Source: Penicillus capitatus
Lineage: Eukaryota > Plantae > Chlorophyta
DNA length: 64,000 nucleotides
Assembly: GCA_965649825.1 (NCBI GenBank)
Contig: OZ287694.1
Coordinates: 681,197 to 745,196 of the forward strand
Direction: 5' to 3'
A model generated the notes under the pieces. The model was given only the letters and a program-made list of their open reading frames with translations. It had not been told where the DNA came from and searched no databases. A program made the position numbers and the translations under genes. Positions 47,826-62,400 of this stretch are shown here, one piece after another (position 1 is the stretch's first letter; each line of letters begins with the position of its first letter).

Positions 47826-48244
47826 CTATGCGTCGTTGACATGAAAAGGACAGTCTTTCGATTTCCAGAGAACGATATTAAGGTGCCGCCACTTGAGCCA
47901 GATGTGTTGCCGGTACTCGTGACTCGCCGCACCTACACCATCGACACCGCGTTGACGGAAAAGGCGTTTCGAGGCCCACAGGCGAAATGATCGCCGACGA
48001 CGCAATGGTAGACGCCATCCGTCGCTTTGCCGGTACCGGGATACCGCTTGTCGTATTCTTGCTTGATCGCACCGGCCACTTGCTTCAAATCGAGTGCACC
48101 TCCTTGCCCGGCGCCGCACTTCTCCAGTGCCGCCGTGGCGATCTCGACGGCGCTCGTTTGGTAAGCAAACGGCATTTGACTCCTCAAAACGCGCACGGCG
48201 GCAATGCCCGTTGCATGGTCGGCCTCTTCTGCGTTCTGTGCCAT
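47826..48244 (-). CDS. Dynein light chain type 1 (LC8-family), two exons
   Basis: IKQEYDKRY...YHCVVGDHFA|CAASHE...IVLWKS follows the LC8 fold pattern, with a short insertion (PGTGKATDGV); GT-AG intron near 47933-47980. Confidence 0.85.
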
Positions 48245-48639
48245 GACTGCGTTCGTGCTCTTGTCTCTTTCAGCCGCCACACAAGTCAACGCCGTTCTTG
48301 GACGGACCGACTAGACTGTTTGCGAGGGACCCTTGTCAACGTGTCGCTCGTCATCTGGAGACCTCTCTTCAGTCGCGACGCGCTAAGGCGGCGGTGGCGG
48401 CTGGACAGTAACGTACACGGCGCGTTGGGGTCAGCGGCATTTTAAGATTGAAGATGCGTTCACCGTCCGAGAAGGCTCGATCAAAAAACTCAGACGCTCA
48501 CGTATCTAATTCGCATCCGAGGCATCGAGACGGCATCTCGACAAAACGACGCCCCGCTATGGACAGAAGATACATCTAACGTTGTTGATACATGTCCTCC
48601 ACCAACTGACCCCATCATCCTTTGTCTCTCCAGCGATCG

Positions 48640-51600
48640 TCATGCCTCATCCATCTCTTTGGAAATTGACAGTCGAGACATGCGCCGCTCAACTTCGGGC
48701 GAACTGGGTGACGTGGATTTGACGCTCTCTCTCCGGACGCGTCCGATCGATTTTTCGCTGGGCGTTGCGCCTTGTGGAGGTAGAGATACAGAAGAAGAGG
48801 CGGCGGCGGCGGCGGCGGCGTTTGCGTCGACGCCTTCAGGAATGCGATCCAGACGGCTGGTTCTGCCCAACAGACGCATCTCCGAGCGTCGCTGTATATC
48901 TTCCGGCTCCTCGGCCTTTCTCTTTCGATCGATCGAACTACGGGCGTCACTGTTGCGATCGTGTCCACTCATCTCGGCAAAGGTCAACTCGCAGGACTCG
49001 TCCATACTCGTCGTTTGACTCTCCGTCTCCATAACCGCCCCACACTTCTCTTCGTGAAGATGCAACAGATCCGCTTCGAAACGCTGAGCAAGGGATTTGA
49101 GATCATTCGATCTGCCGTTCCGTTTCATCTTGATACAGGTCTCCTATCACCAAGCTATACGGTTTAACGCTGCCGAGATGTCTTCCCTACCCTAAAGTGC
49201 CGAAAGCAGCGTTCGTCTGCGAGGGATTTCTGATAGGTCGTCTTCAGCATTTCCATCCATTTTCGAAAACCTGCACGGGACACAAGGGCTATCGATGGAT
49301 GTGACAGCGACGTGGACCTCTTTCCCCTAACTGCAGGGATCGGATGCTGAACGAAAGGCCTCTCCACACGCGAACACTCTCCTCCGCTTCGAAACGCACG
49401 CAGAGCTTCTCCACGAGTTTCTCTCCGTGTCTCTCACTAGATCGCACCCGTCCAGAAACGCTGTCTCGAGATGCGGGTGTACTTTGTGAATTTGAGAAGG
49501 TATTGGACGATCGTCTGAAAGCGAAGAGCGTCCAGCGACGTCTCCGCCAGGAGATTCGAGAGAATGTCGGGGAAGAGGTTGTAGATCGGATTGAACGTCC
49601 GGGTGGCTCTGGATCACAAAGCGAGATAGAGATGCTTCTCTGTCGATCATCGGATGCGCACTTCTGTGCAAGTTCGTTGACAAAATTCGTCGCCATCGAT
49701 TTTAACCGTAGATCCTCGTCGGCCATCAAGATGATGATCTTGGAGATCTGTCCCTTCACCTACAAAACATATCTCACTCTTTTGCGATGGCGACAGAAGA
49801 GTGGTCACACTTTTATCATGTCACTCAAAATGAGATGCGTCAAGACGAGCAGGGTGTTGCGTTTGAGACCTAGATGACTCGCATGTGTCAAGGAATGGGG
49901 GTGTGCCTTTCTTACTGGGCTCATCTATTGCCAAGAGATCGTAGAGATGCGAAGTCCACGGCTCCATGAGATTTGGGAAACGGATCATCAAATCGCTCAT
50001 TCCGATCATAAGATTCTCTTTGATCACGCTCTCCACTTTTCTGCATACACGTCAGTGGGCTGTCGCAAGGATGGCGGCTGCCTTGCCTGTGCTGCAGGAG
50101 GGTGAAGATCAGTCGAATATTATTCTGGCAGAAGACGCCGTCGATCGACATCAGTTTCATCAAGGCGCAAGAGAGCGAGATCTGCACGGGCAGCGGCGTC
50201 TCGATAAACGACGCTAGGGAATGGCAAAATTTGGAGATCGTTGGAGCGTAGTGCCCGATGAGCGATCTAGGAGACAGAAGCTCCGTCTCCATATCGTTCT
50301 TCAACGCATCGAGTTCCAGTTCCTGCCGATGCGCATCGCTTCCCATCGGATCGTCCGTTTCGCCTTCCTTTTCCTGATCTGCCAGCCGCCGGTGGATGAG
50401 ATCGGTGCAGATTTCGACGTAGACCTGATGGCACACCGATCGCCACTCGATGAACATACGCCATACGATGCTACCATTTGATGCACGGCGACTTGGCCCA
50501 GGACGAAACAGAATCGAAGGAAAGCGTGACTGAGGATGGCGGCTTCAAAATCTCGATCGTCCATCGCATCGCCTCCTAGAAATCCACACACGTTATCCTC
50601 ACGCGATGGTCTTCTGCAAGAAGCTGACGCGAAGCTGCCGTGACTGGCACAGCCGCCGCCATTTCGGTGAGGATTTCTTCGAAAAGTGTGTCTGGAGTGG
50701 GGAAAAGGGCATAGAGTGCAGCAACGGCGCTCTCGGCCACTTCAAACCAGTCGGCATCGGACATGTGTTTCTCAAAGAGCGTCTGTACGAGAGCACAGGC
50801 GATATCCTGAGAGGCATCCGCATCGAACAAATGGGATGGAATCGAACGAAGCACACGGCAAATGTGCGAGACACAGAAGCCATCCGACAACGACTCCACA
50901 AATCCAATCTGCACAACACATCCGCCGTCCACACTACCAAACGTCTGTCAATGGCTCGACCTGCAGCAAGGTATCCAGATTCTCTGCCATGAGATCTTGG
51001 CAGTAAGGAGCGCAGACAGAGAGGCAGAAAACGGCGCCTCTGATCTAAAGGGCGCCGCCACACGTGATCCGATTGATCCGAAAGAACGGTTGGCGTACTT
51101 TGGCCTCGGTGGTGATCGGTACTGGCATGGTGTCTCGATCGAGGGCAATGAGCATCCACAGTTTGACAACCTTGTTCGAAATCTTCTCCTGCTGAAAAAG
51201 CAGTTTCAGCACCTCCTCGAGGCACGTCGTTTCGCCGATGGTGGCATCGACCGTCAACGCCACGATATTCTGAGCCGTCTTCAAATCGTCCTCCTCTAGA
51301 AACGCATCTCCCTCTCGTGAACATCCCGTCGCCCGCTCAAGGCAACGGACCGTCTCGATAGAGCTGCAGAAAAGCAGTGAGCAGTTCTTCTCTCAAACTG
51401 GCTTCCCGGCTGAAGACCAATGTCAGTGTAGCCTTGAATGCCACATCGATGCCCTTGACAGAGAACTGAACGCAGCAGAGATGTATCGGAGGCGATAGAT
51501 CGGCGGCGCACGTTCTTGCAGACGACAAGGTAGTGGATGACTTCCTGCACGACGAGGACAGAGGCACTGGAAAGCAGCGACTGGCACTGGACAAGGGATT

Positions 51601-53461
51601 CTGTCAGCGAATCCGTAAAGCGCACGGCCGTTTCGAGCTGCTGCACAACGAAGCAGATCTGATCATACGTTCCAGCTTCCGACAGCGATCCCCTGATCTC
51701 GCCCTCCCTCTCTCCTAACCACACCTCACAGCGATCTCAAGAGCCTGTGCATTACCGTGTTCGAGCTCCCTTTGCTCACGAGGGTAGTCTTGGAGACGGC
51801 GTTTGTAGAGATCCAGTGTGGCACGGAAACGCTCGGCGTTCATGTTGACACCGAACGGATTGTATTCGACCAGTGCCTTCAGGAGACAGAGACTGGATTT
51901 ACGGACAGTACTGGCACAGTCCTGGAGTCTTTCCAGTGCAGATCGGGTCACATCTAGCCAGTACTCAAGCGGCACACACTTGTGCTGCGTGAGCTGCACC
52001 CACACCGTCACACATCGCGATCTAGACATACAGGAAGCTATGCAGAAGCTGCTGGAGATGCATTCGACGCCTGCCTCGTGAAAGCATTCGTATCGGCAAA
52101 GCGCTGATGGAGTCGATCGAGCATCTGGTGCAACTCGTGCTGTTTGTTTGTGCGTTCCTCTCCCTCCAGAGACAGAATCAGCGATCCAAGTACAGACACC
52201 AAAGCACTGCGCATGGGATAGGCTGTACAGCACCAGTAGGGCTCGAGTGCGGAGCTCTGTTTGAGAAGCGACGCCGGAACAGCATCCCCCAGACATTCCA
52301 GCAACTTCGATACCGATTTGACAGCTTGACTGCGACCCTTCGATGCATCCCACTGATGACTGTAGTCATGTGGACTGCTCTTAGTCATCTCCAAGACCAA
52401 CGCCCTCGACTGTACACCCCATCAGCCAAGCGCGCTAGGCGGTGCAGGTTACCAGGGCGTCATCGTTGTGGGTCTGTTCCGAAAACTGTGCGATTTCGGC
52501 AACGATCGATGCGAGTTGTTCTGTCTTCTGAACAGCGAGAAGTAAAGCGGAGGCTGTCGCTGTCTCCAGTCGATGTCGAACGGCACATGCCGCAAAGACG
52601 TCGAAGACCTTCTCACGTATCCCTGCGCCTCTTAGCACCTCCCAATGTCTCAAACAGCGCATCCCCTACACAACGCGTTTCGTCCACGCTGTGGCGGCTG
52701 TACAGCAGAGGGAGGGATAGACCATTGCCAGACACAGATCCAGCATTCGACGATCGATCTCGTCGGACTCGAAGACGGCGCAGAGGTCCAATGATAGCAA
52801 AGCAGCGACGGCTGACAGGGATCCTTCCATCAACGTCCTCCAATCGAGAGCTGACGTCGATGAGGCTCTGCCTCGACCTGGGGGACAGGATCGATGACAG
52901 CAATGGGAGCGGAAGGCGTACGGGATGGTGTGTTTTTCTTTCGTGGTGTAAAGGAAGATGAGGGGGTGTTGTTCTGTTGATGCTCGACTCTGTTCCAGAG
53001 CCAGTCCACAAAGAACACGTAGACCTTTGCAGCACTGCGGTGCGATTTGAGATCATCGTTTTCGGTCAGTCCAGGAATCTGTGCGGCCAAGATCTTGAGA
53101 TTCGTCTGCATGCCTTCGAGCAAGGCCGTCTGCAGTTCCGCACTTAGCGAAGAAAATCCCCTGGACAGGACACGGCAGGTGATCTGGTCGAAGACGCGGT
53201 CAAAGGGTGCGGACTTGGCGATGAGGTAGGCGGCGTCGAAGGGATACTGCTCCAAGATGCAGTTCGGTTCATGAAATCCGAGATCGTGTACGACGCCTAA
53301 GGGAGAAAGGCGGCGGTGGAGAAACGGACGAAAACGGGTTGCGGACGTTCGGCGAGGTCGTGTGAGAAGCGCAGGTCGTGGTTGGAGGAGAAGGCGAGTG
53401 GGAAATCGTGTGGCTTCGTCGACAGATCTTCGGGAACGAGAGGAATGCGAAATTCCGTCAT
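48640..53461 (-). CDS. NCAPD2: Condensin I subunit CAP-D2 (Cnd1); multi-exon
   Basis: RFADTNAFTR, LEDCASTVRKSSLCLLKALVEYNPF, VVQEVIHYLV, CFVLGQVAVHQ, KENLMIGMSDLMIRFPNLMEPWTSHLYDLL, MKGQISKIIIL...ATNFVNELAQK; C-terminal exon HFR|ETCIKMKR. Confidence 0.95.
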
Positions 53462-53499
53462 CCTGACAGCAACGACGGCGGCGTAGATGATCGGAAAGC

Positions 53500-53612
53500 C
53501 CGTTGCCTGGCGATCCTTTCGGCAGCGTCGAAATAATGAAGTGCATTTGACGTCACGTCAAAAACGCGAAAGCGACGGAGACAAACCGTCCAGGCGAGAA
53601 ATCCGTTGCCTG
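53500..53612 (-). promoter_or_regulatory. Two copies of CCGTTGCCTG (MSA-like AACGG core on the - strand) flanking a TGACGTCA palindrome, upstream of CAP-D2
   Basis: Exact 10-mer at 53500-53509 and 53603-53612; TGACGTCA at 53548-53555. Function is inferred from plant G2/M MSA elements. Confidence 0.35.
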
Positions 53613-53965
53613 CGCCTAGCGCGATGGCGCCTGCGTCGATGCGCTCGCAAGAATTGCGTCGCATACGCGTTCTCTCAGTTAGTTACACTCGCAGGCTGTC
53701 ACATCAGAAAGCGAAACAAGAGCCAAGTCTTGGGTGCCCATTTCCACTACGCTACCTTCGTTCATAGTAGATCCGACGCAGGTCGACGTCGTCGAATGGG
53801 CGAAAATAGAATCGAAAAGAAAGCGATCGGATCGTTCTCGCCAAGAGACCCTCCGGCGAATCCGGATCAGGTAACTGGCGTCCCTGCTGAAGAATATAAT
53901 AGCCTGCCCACGCCATCCATCCATCCCATCTCGTTCAGCCGCCATCGAGAGCATTGCTGCAGTGA

Positions 53966-55143
53966 TCACTCTTTCCCTAACCGTCGTTTCTCACACTTGG
54001 TTGCTACAGTCGTTCGTTTGAGAAATGCATGTTGCGTCGCCGTCTCAGCCGTCATGCGTTTGGCTTCTTCGCGCAGCAAGAGTCGACGGAGAAAGTCTTT
54101 GGCATCGGGGCTGTACGTCTCCCACGGCGACGATGCGAAGTCGACGTCACGTGTGACGATCTTCAACACAATATCGTGTTCCGTTTCGAACGTCTCCTGC
54201 TCTTCCGGCGTAAAGTACGGCATCCGTCGCGTCGTCAGTTGATAGAGCATCGTCCCCATGCCCCACATGTCTGCCGCCAAGCCAAAACGCGCGTTAAAGA
54301 CCTCAGGAGGCCAATTCATCGGGGTGCCCACACGAAAGGTACAGCATCCCCTCCCTACAGCCAACAAGACGTCGTCCAGCGCCGAGCGATCGATCGTTTA
54401 CCCATGCGCATACTGCAGCCGAAGTCCACGGCCTTGAGCCATCCCGATCGTAGCGCCATCGGATCGTGGGCCAATCGCCAAGCGTCGTGCTCCGATCGAA
54501 TCACAAAATTTGCCGCTTTGATATCGCCATGCAGAATCGCCCGTTCGTGACAGATCCGCAGTACACTTGTCGCTTCGCGTGCAATTTCCACAAGCTGCGT
54601 CTCGTGCAGCGGCCCATGATGTTTTGAAAACATCGCCAAATCGCCACCCGTACAGAGCTCCGTCACGAGACAGTCTCTGTCTTCGAAACGCAAACGTGCT
54701 TTCACCTTTGCCACGGCCGGGCAGTCGTGAACCGCCACGTGGAGAGCGACCTCCTGCGTCAGGCGAGAGGGCGAGCATTTCGCCCCCGGGACACTGCCGC
54801 CGTGCGTCTGCATCTCCTTGACAGCCACGTTCTCTCCCGTCACCCCATCAACGCCACGATACACGGCACCGTAGTTGCCTCGGCCGATTTCTTCAAAGAG
54901 CGTCATATGATGGTGGCACATCTCCGTGGCATCTGTCCACGCAACGGCATCTTGCAACATGTCGCTCTGCTTGAGGATGGAGGGCTGCGTTGCATAGTAG
55001 TTGGGTGATTTGCCAGAAGAGATGTAGAATTGGCGACATTGGGGTGTCCGACGGCGCGACGCGCGACGACGCGGGCTCTCTCCTGTCGACGACGACAAAA
55101 CACGCATTCGAAACGTCGACAGACAGGACTTCATTTGACCCAT
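53966..55143 (-). CDS. CAMK/CDPK-like Ser/Thr kinase without EF-hands, non-RD (HGD), predicted N-myristoylation; two exons
   Basis: IGRGNYGAVY, VAVK, TELCTGGDL, LHGDIKAANF, DFG, GTPMNWPPE, DMWGMG, AKDFLRRLL...RMTAETATQHAFL; N-terminus MGQMKSC. Confidence 0.9.
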
Positions 55144-55501
55144 CCATCTTTAAGCGCCGACGGATAACTCTGCTGCGCACGATATCAAAGCAGTGCTAGA
55201 CACATGATCCTCGCTCCCAACATACGCCCTCAAGACACGAAACGCAGAATCGTATAGAACGTGGTTTTGTCCACGGAATATGCGGCAGGGAATATCCGAA
55301 GGAGGTGGAAGACGAATCGACGCATCGTAGACGGATGTCTGTATGAGCAGATGAACGAAAGAGACGCTGTGGAGGGGCTGCATGACGCCATAACAGAGGG
55401 AGAAATCAAAGAGAGGCGGCGCAGGGCCTTATAACAGCAGGGAGCGTTTGCATCGCCCTCCAATAAAGAGTGAGAGAGGCATGCCGTTACGGGCACGACG
55501 A

Positions 55502-57139
<1,638 letters not shown>

Positions 57140-57218
57140 TGTGCAAAAGAGGCGGCGACGCAGAGGAACCGTCTGTCAAGAGGATTCGTACAAGACGACC
57201 CGATCGATTCTGAAACCC

Positions 57219-57704
57219 ATGCTACTGCGTCGGACTCTCGTCGACGCCTCTCTCTTACGACGCATCTGCCGCCTGGCCATCGACACGCGTCCCCGTCCCT
57301 TCCACACCTTCCCATTCGCAGCGACGCCAGCACCTAGCGCACAAATCCAGAACCGACTGCTGGAATCGCCAGGATCACTCTATGTGTCACACGTGCTGCG
57401 TGGACGTGGATCAGATGCGTGGCGAGAAAGGAGAGTGGGATTTGCCACCAATCGTCAGAGAATGAAGACGCCGAGGTGAGATGTGTTCTCTCTCTAAGGG
57501 GTGCGGGGCTGCCTCTGTCCGTGCAGTTGCTTAAAGAGGCGCTTTAAGATGACCGGCACGGGGAAGTACATTCGTTACAGCGCTAAGCACTCACACAACC
57601 TCTCCAAGCAAAACAAACGCCGGCGCAAGGGTCGAAAGAAAACGTATCCGGTGCCAAAGTTCTTTGCCAGGATTCTGAAGAGACTCAATTTTAAACGCCG
57701 GTGA
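57219..57704 (+). CDS. MRPL35: Organellar (probably mitochondrial) bacterial-type ribosomal protein bL35 with transit peptide; intron 57476-57526
   Basis: Splicing gives RMKTPS-CLKRRFKMTGTGKYIRYSAKHSHNLSKQNKRRRK, matching bL35 (KMKT..aKRFK.TG.GK..R....H.L.K); Arg-rich presequence MLLRRTLVDASLLRRICRLAI. Confidence 0.88.
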
Positions 57705-57736
57705 GGATGTCGCGGACAGCGGACACCCATGTCTCT

Positions 57737-59123
57737 TTAAGCTTTCTTGGATTTTGTGGGGGAGGCGGTAAGGTCAGCCGTCTCTTCGATCTCGTCGGAC
57801 TCTGCGTGTGGCATTCCTTCCAATACACTCGATTCCTCCCCCGCGACTTCGTTCGAATCGATCTCTTCTGTGACGTTGGGCAGAGACGAGGTGGTGCCGA
57901 ACAGATCAAAATCGTCTGTCTCCAGCGACTCCTCTTGGACAGCAGGGAGAAGATCGAGCTCCTCTGTGGCGATGGATGGGTTATCGGTCACACTTTCGGC
58001 TGGAGCTGTCGGCTGAAGGTTGAATTTGAGCATGGATGAGAAGGAAGTGGTCGTCGATTTGACTTTCTTCTCCTTGACTGTGCTCTTCGCTTCTTTCTTG
58101 CGTTTCTTGACGAACTGCGTCGTCTCTTGTGGATCGAAGGAGGCGACGGAAGAGAGTGAGGCATTGGGCAGCAGCTGCGCTGTCGGATCTGTCGCCTCAT
58201 CTAGACAGACGGCATCTGATGGGACAGCTTGGATCCGAAAGATCAACTCACCGCTTTGCTGAAGACGACCGAGGAGAAGCTCTGTCCAATTGCCGGCCAT
58301 CTTTCGTTCGCGTCTGCTGACGGGTAGCTTCTCCGCGGCTTCCTCTTCCTGGTCCTCTTTGGATAGCATCGATGCAAAGGGATCCTCTAAAAGGATCTGT
58401 CAGAAGGGCAAAGGTGGAAGGAAGGCGACGCCTGGCTTGTCTGTGCCGTTTCCTATTTGAATGAGGACGTCTTCCGTCATCTTCTTGACCTCGTGGGCGC
58501 GGATGGCCTTTGTCTTCTCATCCTGCTGCGGCTGAACATACACGGCTGTCTCACGGTATGTATGTTCAGCAGGAAAGGCAGGCAGATAACTAGGGGCATG
58601 CTCCGGAGGCTTCTGTCCGAACAAGAGGATCGAGCAAATGATCATTTGTCCAAAAGTGTGACCTGTTTGGCATCTTTGAATGAGATGTAGTCTTCTGTCG
58701 CTGGCAGGACAGGGAATCGCGGCACCGTTGCGCCGAATGGGATCTCTGCCTACGGTACAGAACAGCAGTAAAGGGATAGTGCGTGCATCTCGGATGTACC
58801 GACGCACCGATGCTGCTGCAAATTCTCGCAAGGGATCGATGCCGAATCCCAAATCGTCTAAACTCATGGCCTGCGGAGAAGGCAGTTGGTTGTGGGCGCT
58901 GTTCTGTGTGAAGGGTGGAGGGTACAATGTCTTTGGCGTTGGTTTCGGTGCGTCCTGCGTTTTCGGCGTAGCTTCGTGCTCCGACGCTGCATTGGCGTAG
59001 GAACATTTTGACGAGGTCGGAGAGCACGTCTAGAGTCCCATCACTCGCGGCGCCATACCCGGCCAGACTGCAGAGTTGCAGGCAGAGCTTTCTGCCGACG
59101 TCGTGCGCATACTCATCTGCCAT
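57737..59123 (-). CDS. TAF8: TFIID subunit TAF8 (bromodomain-associated histone fold + TAF8_C) with an acidic C-terminal extension; multi-exon
   Basis: Histone-fold LDVLSDLVKMFLRQCSVGARSYAENAGRT; EIPFGATVPRFPV; EHAPSYLPAFPAEHTYRETAVY. The junction to the last ORF (57737-58369) is uncertain. Confidence 0.88.
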
Positions 59124-59400
59124 TCCTCAAACGGCAGAAATGACACGCATTTCGCACAGCATTGCCATTCCCTCTCATTTAACACACGAATCGCCGAATC
59201 GCAGTCAGGCAGAGATCTTAAAGGATGCGTTAATTTGATGCTGCTTCGTTAAATGGTACACTAAAAAGCCAGGATTCATAAGCACACTGAGGTTTCATAG
59301 CAAATGATTCCAAACAGACACTCATGGAATCTGATACATTGCTCAAGGCTGATAAAATGTGATATCTCTGAGGCGTAAACGCTGTGGAAGAATGTTTAGA

Positions 59401-62400
59401 TCACCCATCAGAAAACAAAGTAGAATCAGGACCGAGTTCATCGAACATATCATCCCACTTTGATGACTGTTTCATTTTCTTTGCGTAAAACTTCATCTTA
59501 TCTAGTCTCTCGTCATCCATCTCCATCATCTCCATCTCCTCTTGTGTGATGCGCCTTAGCCGTTCTGGCCATTTTTCCGAGAGCGCTGGAACGTAAGGAA
59601 TCGATATAGACCTTCCTTGTTGTTCGGTAAGATATGTTTCCTCTCCTAAGCATCGTGGAGAAGGTATTCATTCAGTGGCTTTTCCGCAAAGGACATTGTA
59701 TTCTACCTTGAAGTAGATTTTGACAACGGGGGACGATCTCTTCCGGCGATCCATATTCAACATTTCCACTGCGAAATAGTATCACTTTGTTTGCATTCTC
59801 GGCGACCTTGCGTCTAGGAAAGCAAACCGACTGGAGATCCGTGCGACGGTGTGATTTCTCTGACCTGCTCGTCATGGTGATGACCGTTTTGTCTCGAAAG
59901 TGCTCTTGCACAATCTGATGGATCTCTTCAAGAGTGTTGGAGTCTTCACTGCCTTCGCCTTCGTCAACAACAATAACCTGCACAACTGAAATGTATCGAC
60001 AGACACAAAGGGCAACGTGCTTGTCTGTTTTCCAGAAGAACGCGGGCCAAACAGAAGAGCCTCTTTTGTCTGTTGTCCAAAATTTTGTCGTTTTTCTGAA
60101 GAACGACATCGAGTCCCCCTAAATCGTCAATGTGTGTTTCCAGGTCAACCTTCCTCAATGCCTCCCGCATCTTAGCATCACGCAGTACGTTCGATAGCTC
60201 GTCATCACCGTCGTCATGCTTGGTCGGATCGAGATTCACTCGAACAGTTCCCGTTACTATAAAGGGACGCTGAAGGCAAAGATGTCAAAACAGTCCAATG
60301 CGTAAAGCGGTACCTACCCTTGGAATGAATGAGATTCTGCTTCGATGGCTCCTCAGTTCCACCTTCGAGATGTCGACCCCGTTAAAAAATACCTGACCGT
60401 GGCTTAAGTCTACGAATCTGTACAGAGCAATTGGAAGAACAGACCTCCTACGACATCAAACACATGAGTGTATGTTAGAAGGGCATAGAGATACCAGTTT
60501 CCGTATTCGCCAACAACGGCAATGTGCTCCCCTGGTTCTATTGTTGCCGTGAATTCCTTGACGACCGGAGGCGAATTTGAGCAATACCGCAATGTGACAT
60601 TCCTGAATTCGATGGGGCCAGGTTCCGAAAAATTGCTAGAACTGGCTGGAGGGTCGTATGACTGGCCTGCACCTTCCGATTCCAGGTCTGCGTACTCCAA
60701 GCCGTGTTCGATGACTCCCATGTCTCTCTCAAAAACTAACATGGCCATGACAAAAGTGGATACAGCAGCTGCAATTTTCCGTGAATAGCTAAATGCAAGG
60801 TACCCCACATAATGTTCTTCTTCGTATTCAAATATTAGCAAAGTGGCAGCTAATGCTGCTAATTCACTGCAAAAGTCCATCCGTAGGCCCATCCAGTTAA
60901 TAATGGATCGTCGAATGAGTGAGAGTGCTGTACTCCTGTCCACAATCTCACACTGCTTTTCAACCACATAGTCCTCAGCTGAGAATGCTCGAACGGTACT
61001 CAATCCATCTAGAGTGTTGGCAACTCTCTTCTCCTCTTCTTGCATTGCCAGTATAGACAACTGCCTTGTTTGCAGGAAAGCGTTGTGAGCTTTAGCAAAC
61101 AACAAGCAACACGCCACTCCAGAGGCCGAGAAGACAAGCATTGTCAGTGGAGTTGTCACGGCCAGTATAAGCAGAATGACCAACAGCTCCGTACCATACC
61201 TGTCTTCTGCTGTCAGTGTCAAAGCATGTATTTGTATGAGATGAACACCTGAGCAGTCGGTAGAGGGTGTCGTTTAATTCGTCATAGAGGACATGGTTGA
61301 TCTTTCTGAGCCGCTTGGTGATTTGGACTCTGGGTGTCTCACGATAGAAAGAAAGCCTAGTCTTCAACAGTCCGGAAAGCATTTGGCTGTGCAGTGAACT
61401 GGATGCTTTGTCGGCCATGACTTCAGATCTCCACGCAGCAATACTCCACGATATTGCGGACACGACTATTGAAACTGCAATGACTATTGCAATGACCTCA
61501 ATGTTGTGAACATCTTCATCATTGAATAGTTCTATTCCACAGGCCAAGAATATGTTCAAAGTATCAGAGGATACTGCACCAACTATTAGCAATAGAATGA
61601 TGAAAAAAGGGCCTGTGCCTCCAATTGCAAGTAGAACGCGCTGGATGGCTTTCAACAGCACGTCTCCTCTAAGAGGTAAAGCTCTTGGGGGCATTGGTGG
61701 CTGATCTACGGCGGATGGATCTATGGCGGATGGATCTATGTATGAGGTGTTCGCTACGACATCTGGTCTTTCTACACATCATCAACGTCAGCAAAGCACT
61801 GGATGTGGCATCCTTCCTACCTTTGCCAGGAGAGCAGCTTGTGTACAGAACAGGATTCAGTTCAGAAATACTGTCTAGAAACAGTTCAGCCTTCCTGTCA
61901 ACTTTGCAATCTATGATCTGCCCATTCTCGAGGTAAAGGATTCGGCTTGCAGAACGGAAGAGCTGAAGATCGTTTGACACAAGAATCACTGTTTTGTTGT
62001 CTCTCCATAGTTTCTCAATTCCATTCATGAGGATATTTTGCTTGACAGCTTCCTCAAAGCTGGAGAGGGGGTTATCCAGTAATATGATGTCGGCATTGGA
62101 GTAGAATGCCCTGGCCAAAGCAATGTGTTCCTTTTGACTTCTAGAAATCTTGATCCCCTGCTCTCCAAGGAGAGTCCCATCTCCCCAAGAGAGGTTTTGC
62201 AGAACTTGACGCATATCTGCTCTTCGAAGGGCCATCAAATAACGCATTCGATCGAAATCCTGTCCGAAAAGAATGTTCTCTCGGATAGTGGCGTCCAGAA
62301 TGAAAGGGGATTGAGCGACGAAGGCAACCCGGCCTTGGATGACTGAAGGCGAGCCAGATACACGCTGAGTCAATCCGATGATGCTCGATAGAAGGGATGT

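Noticed and set aside
57549-57704. Cytosolic ribosomal protein eL29
   Set aside because: Spacing does not fit eL29, and splicing to the upstream exon yields a clear bL35 motif.
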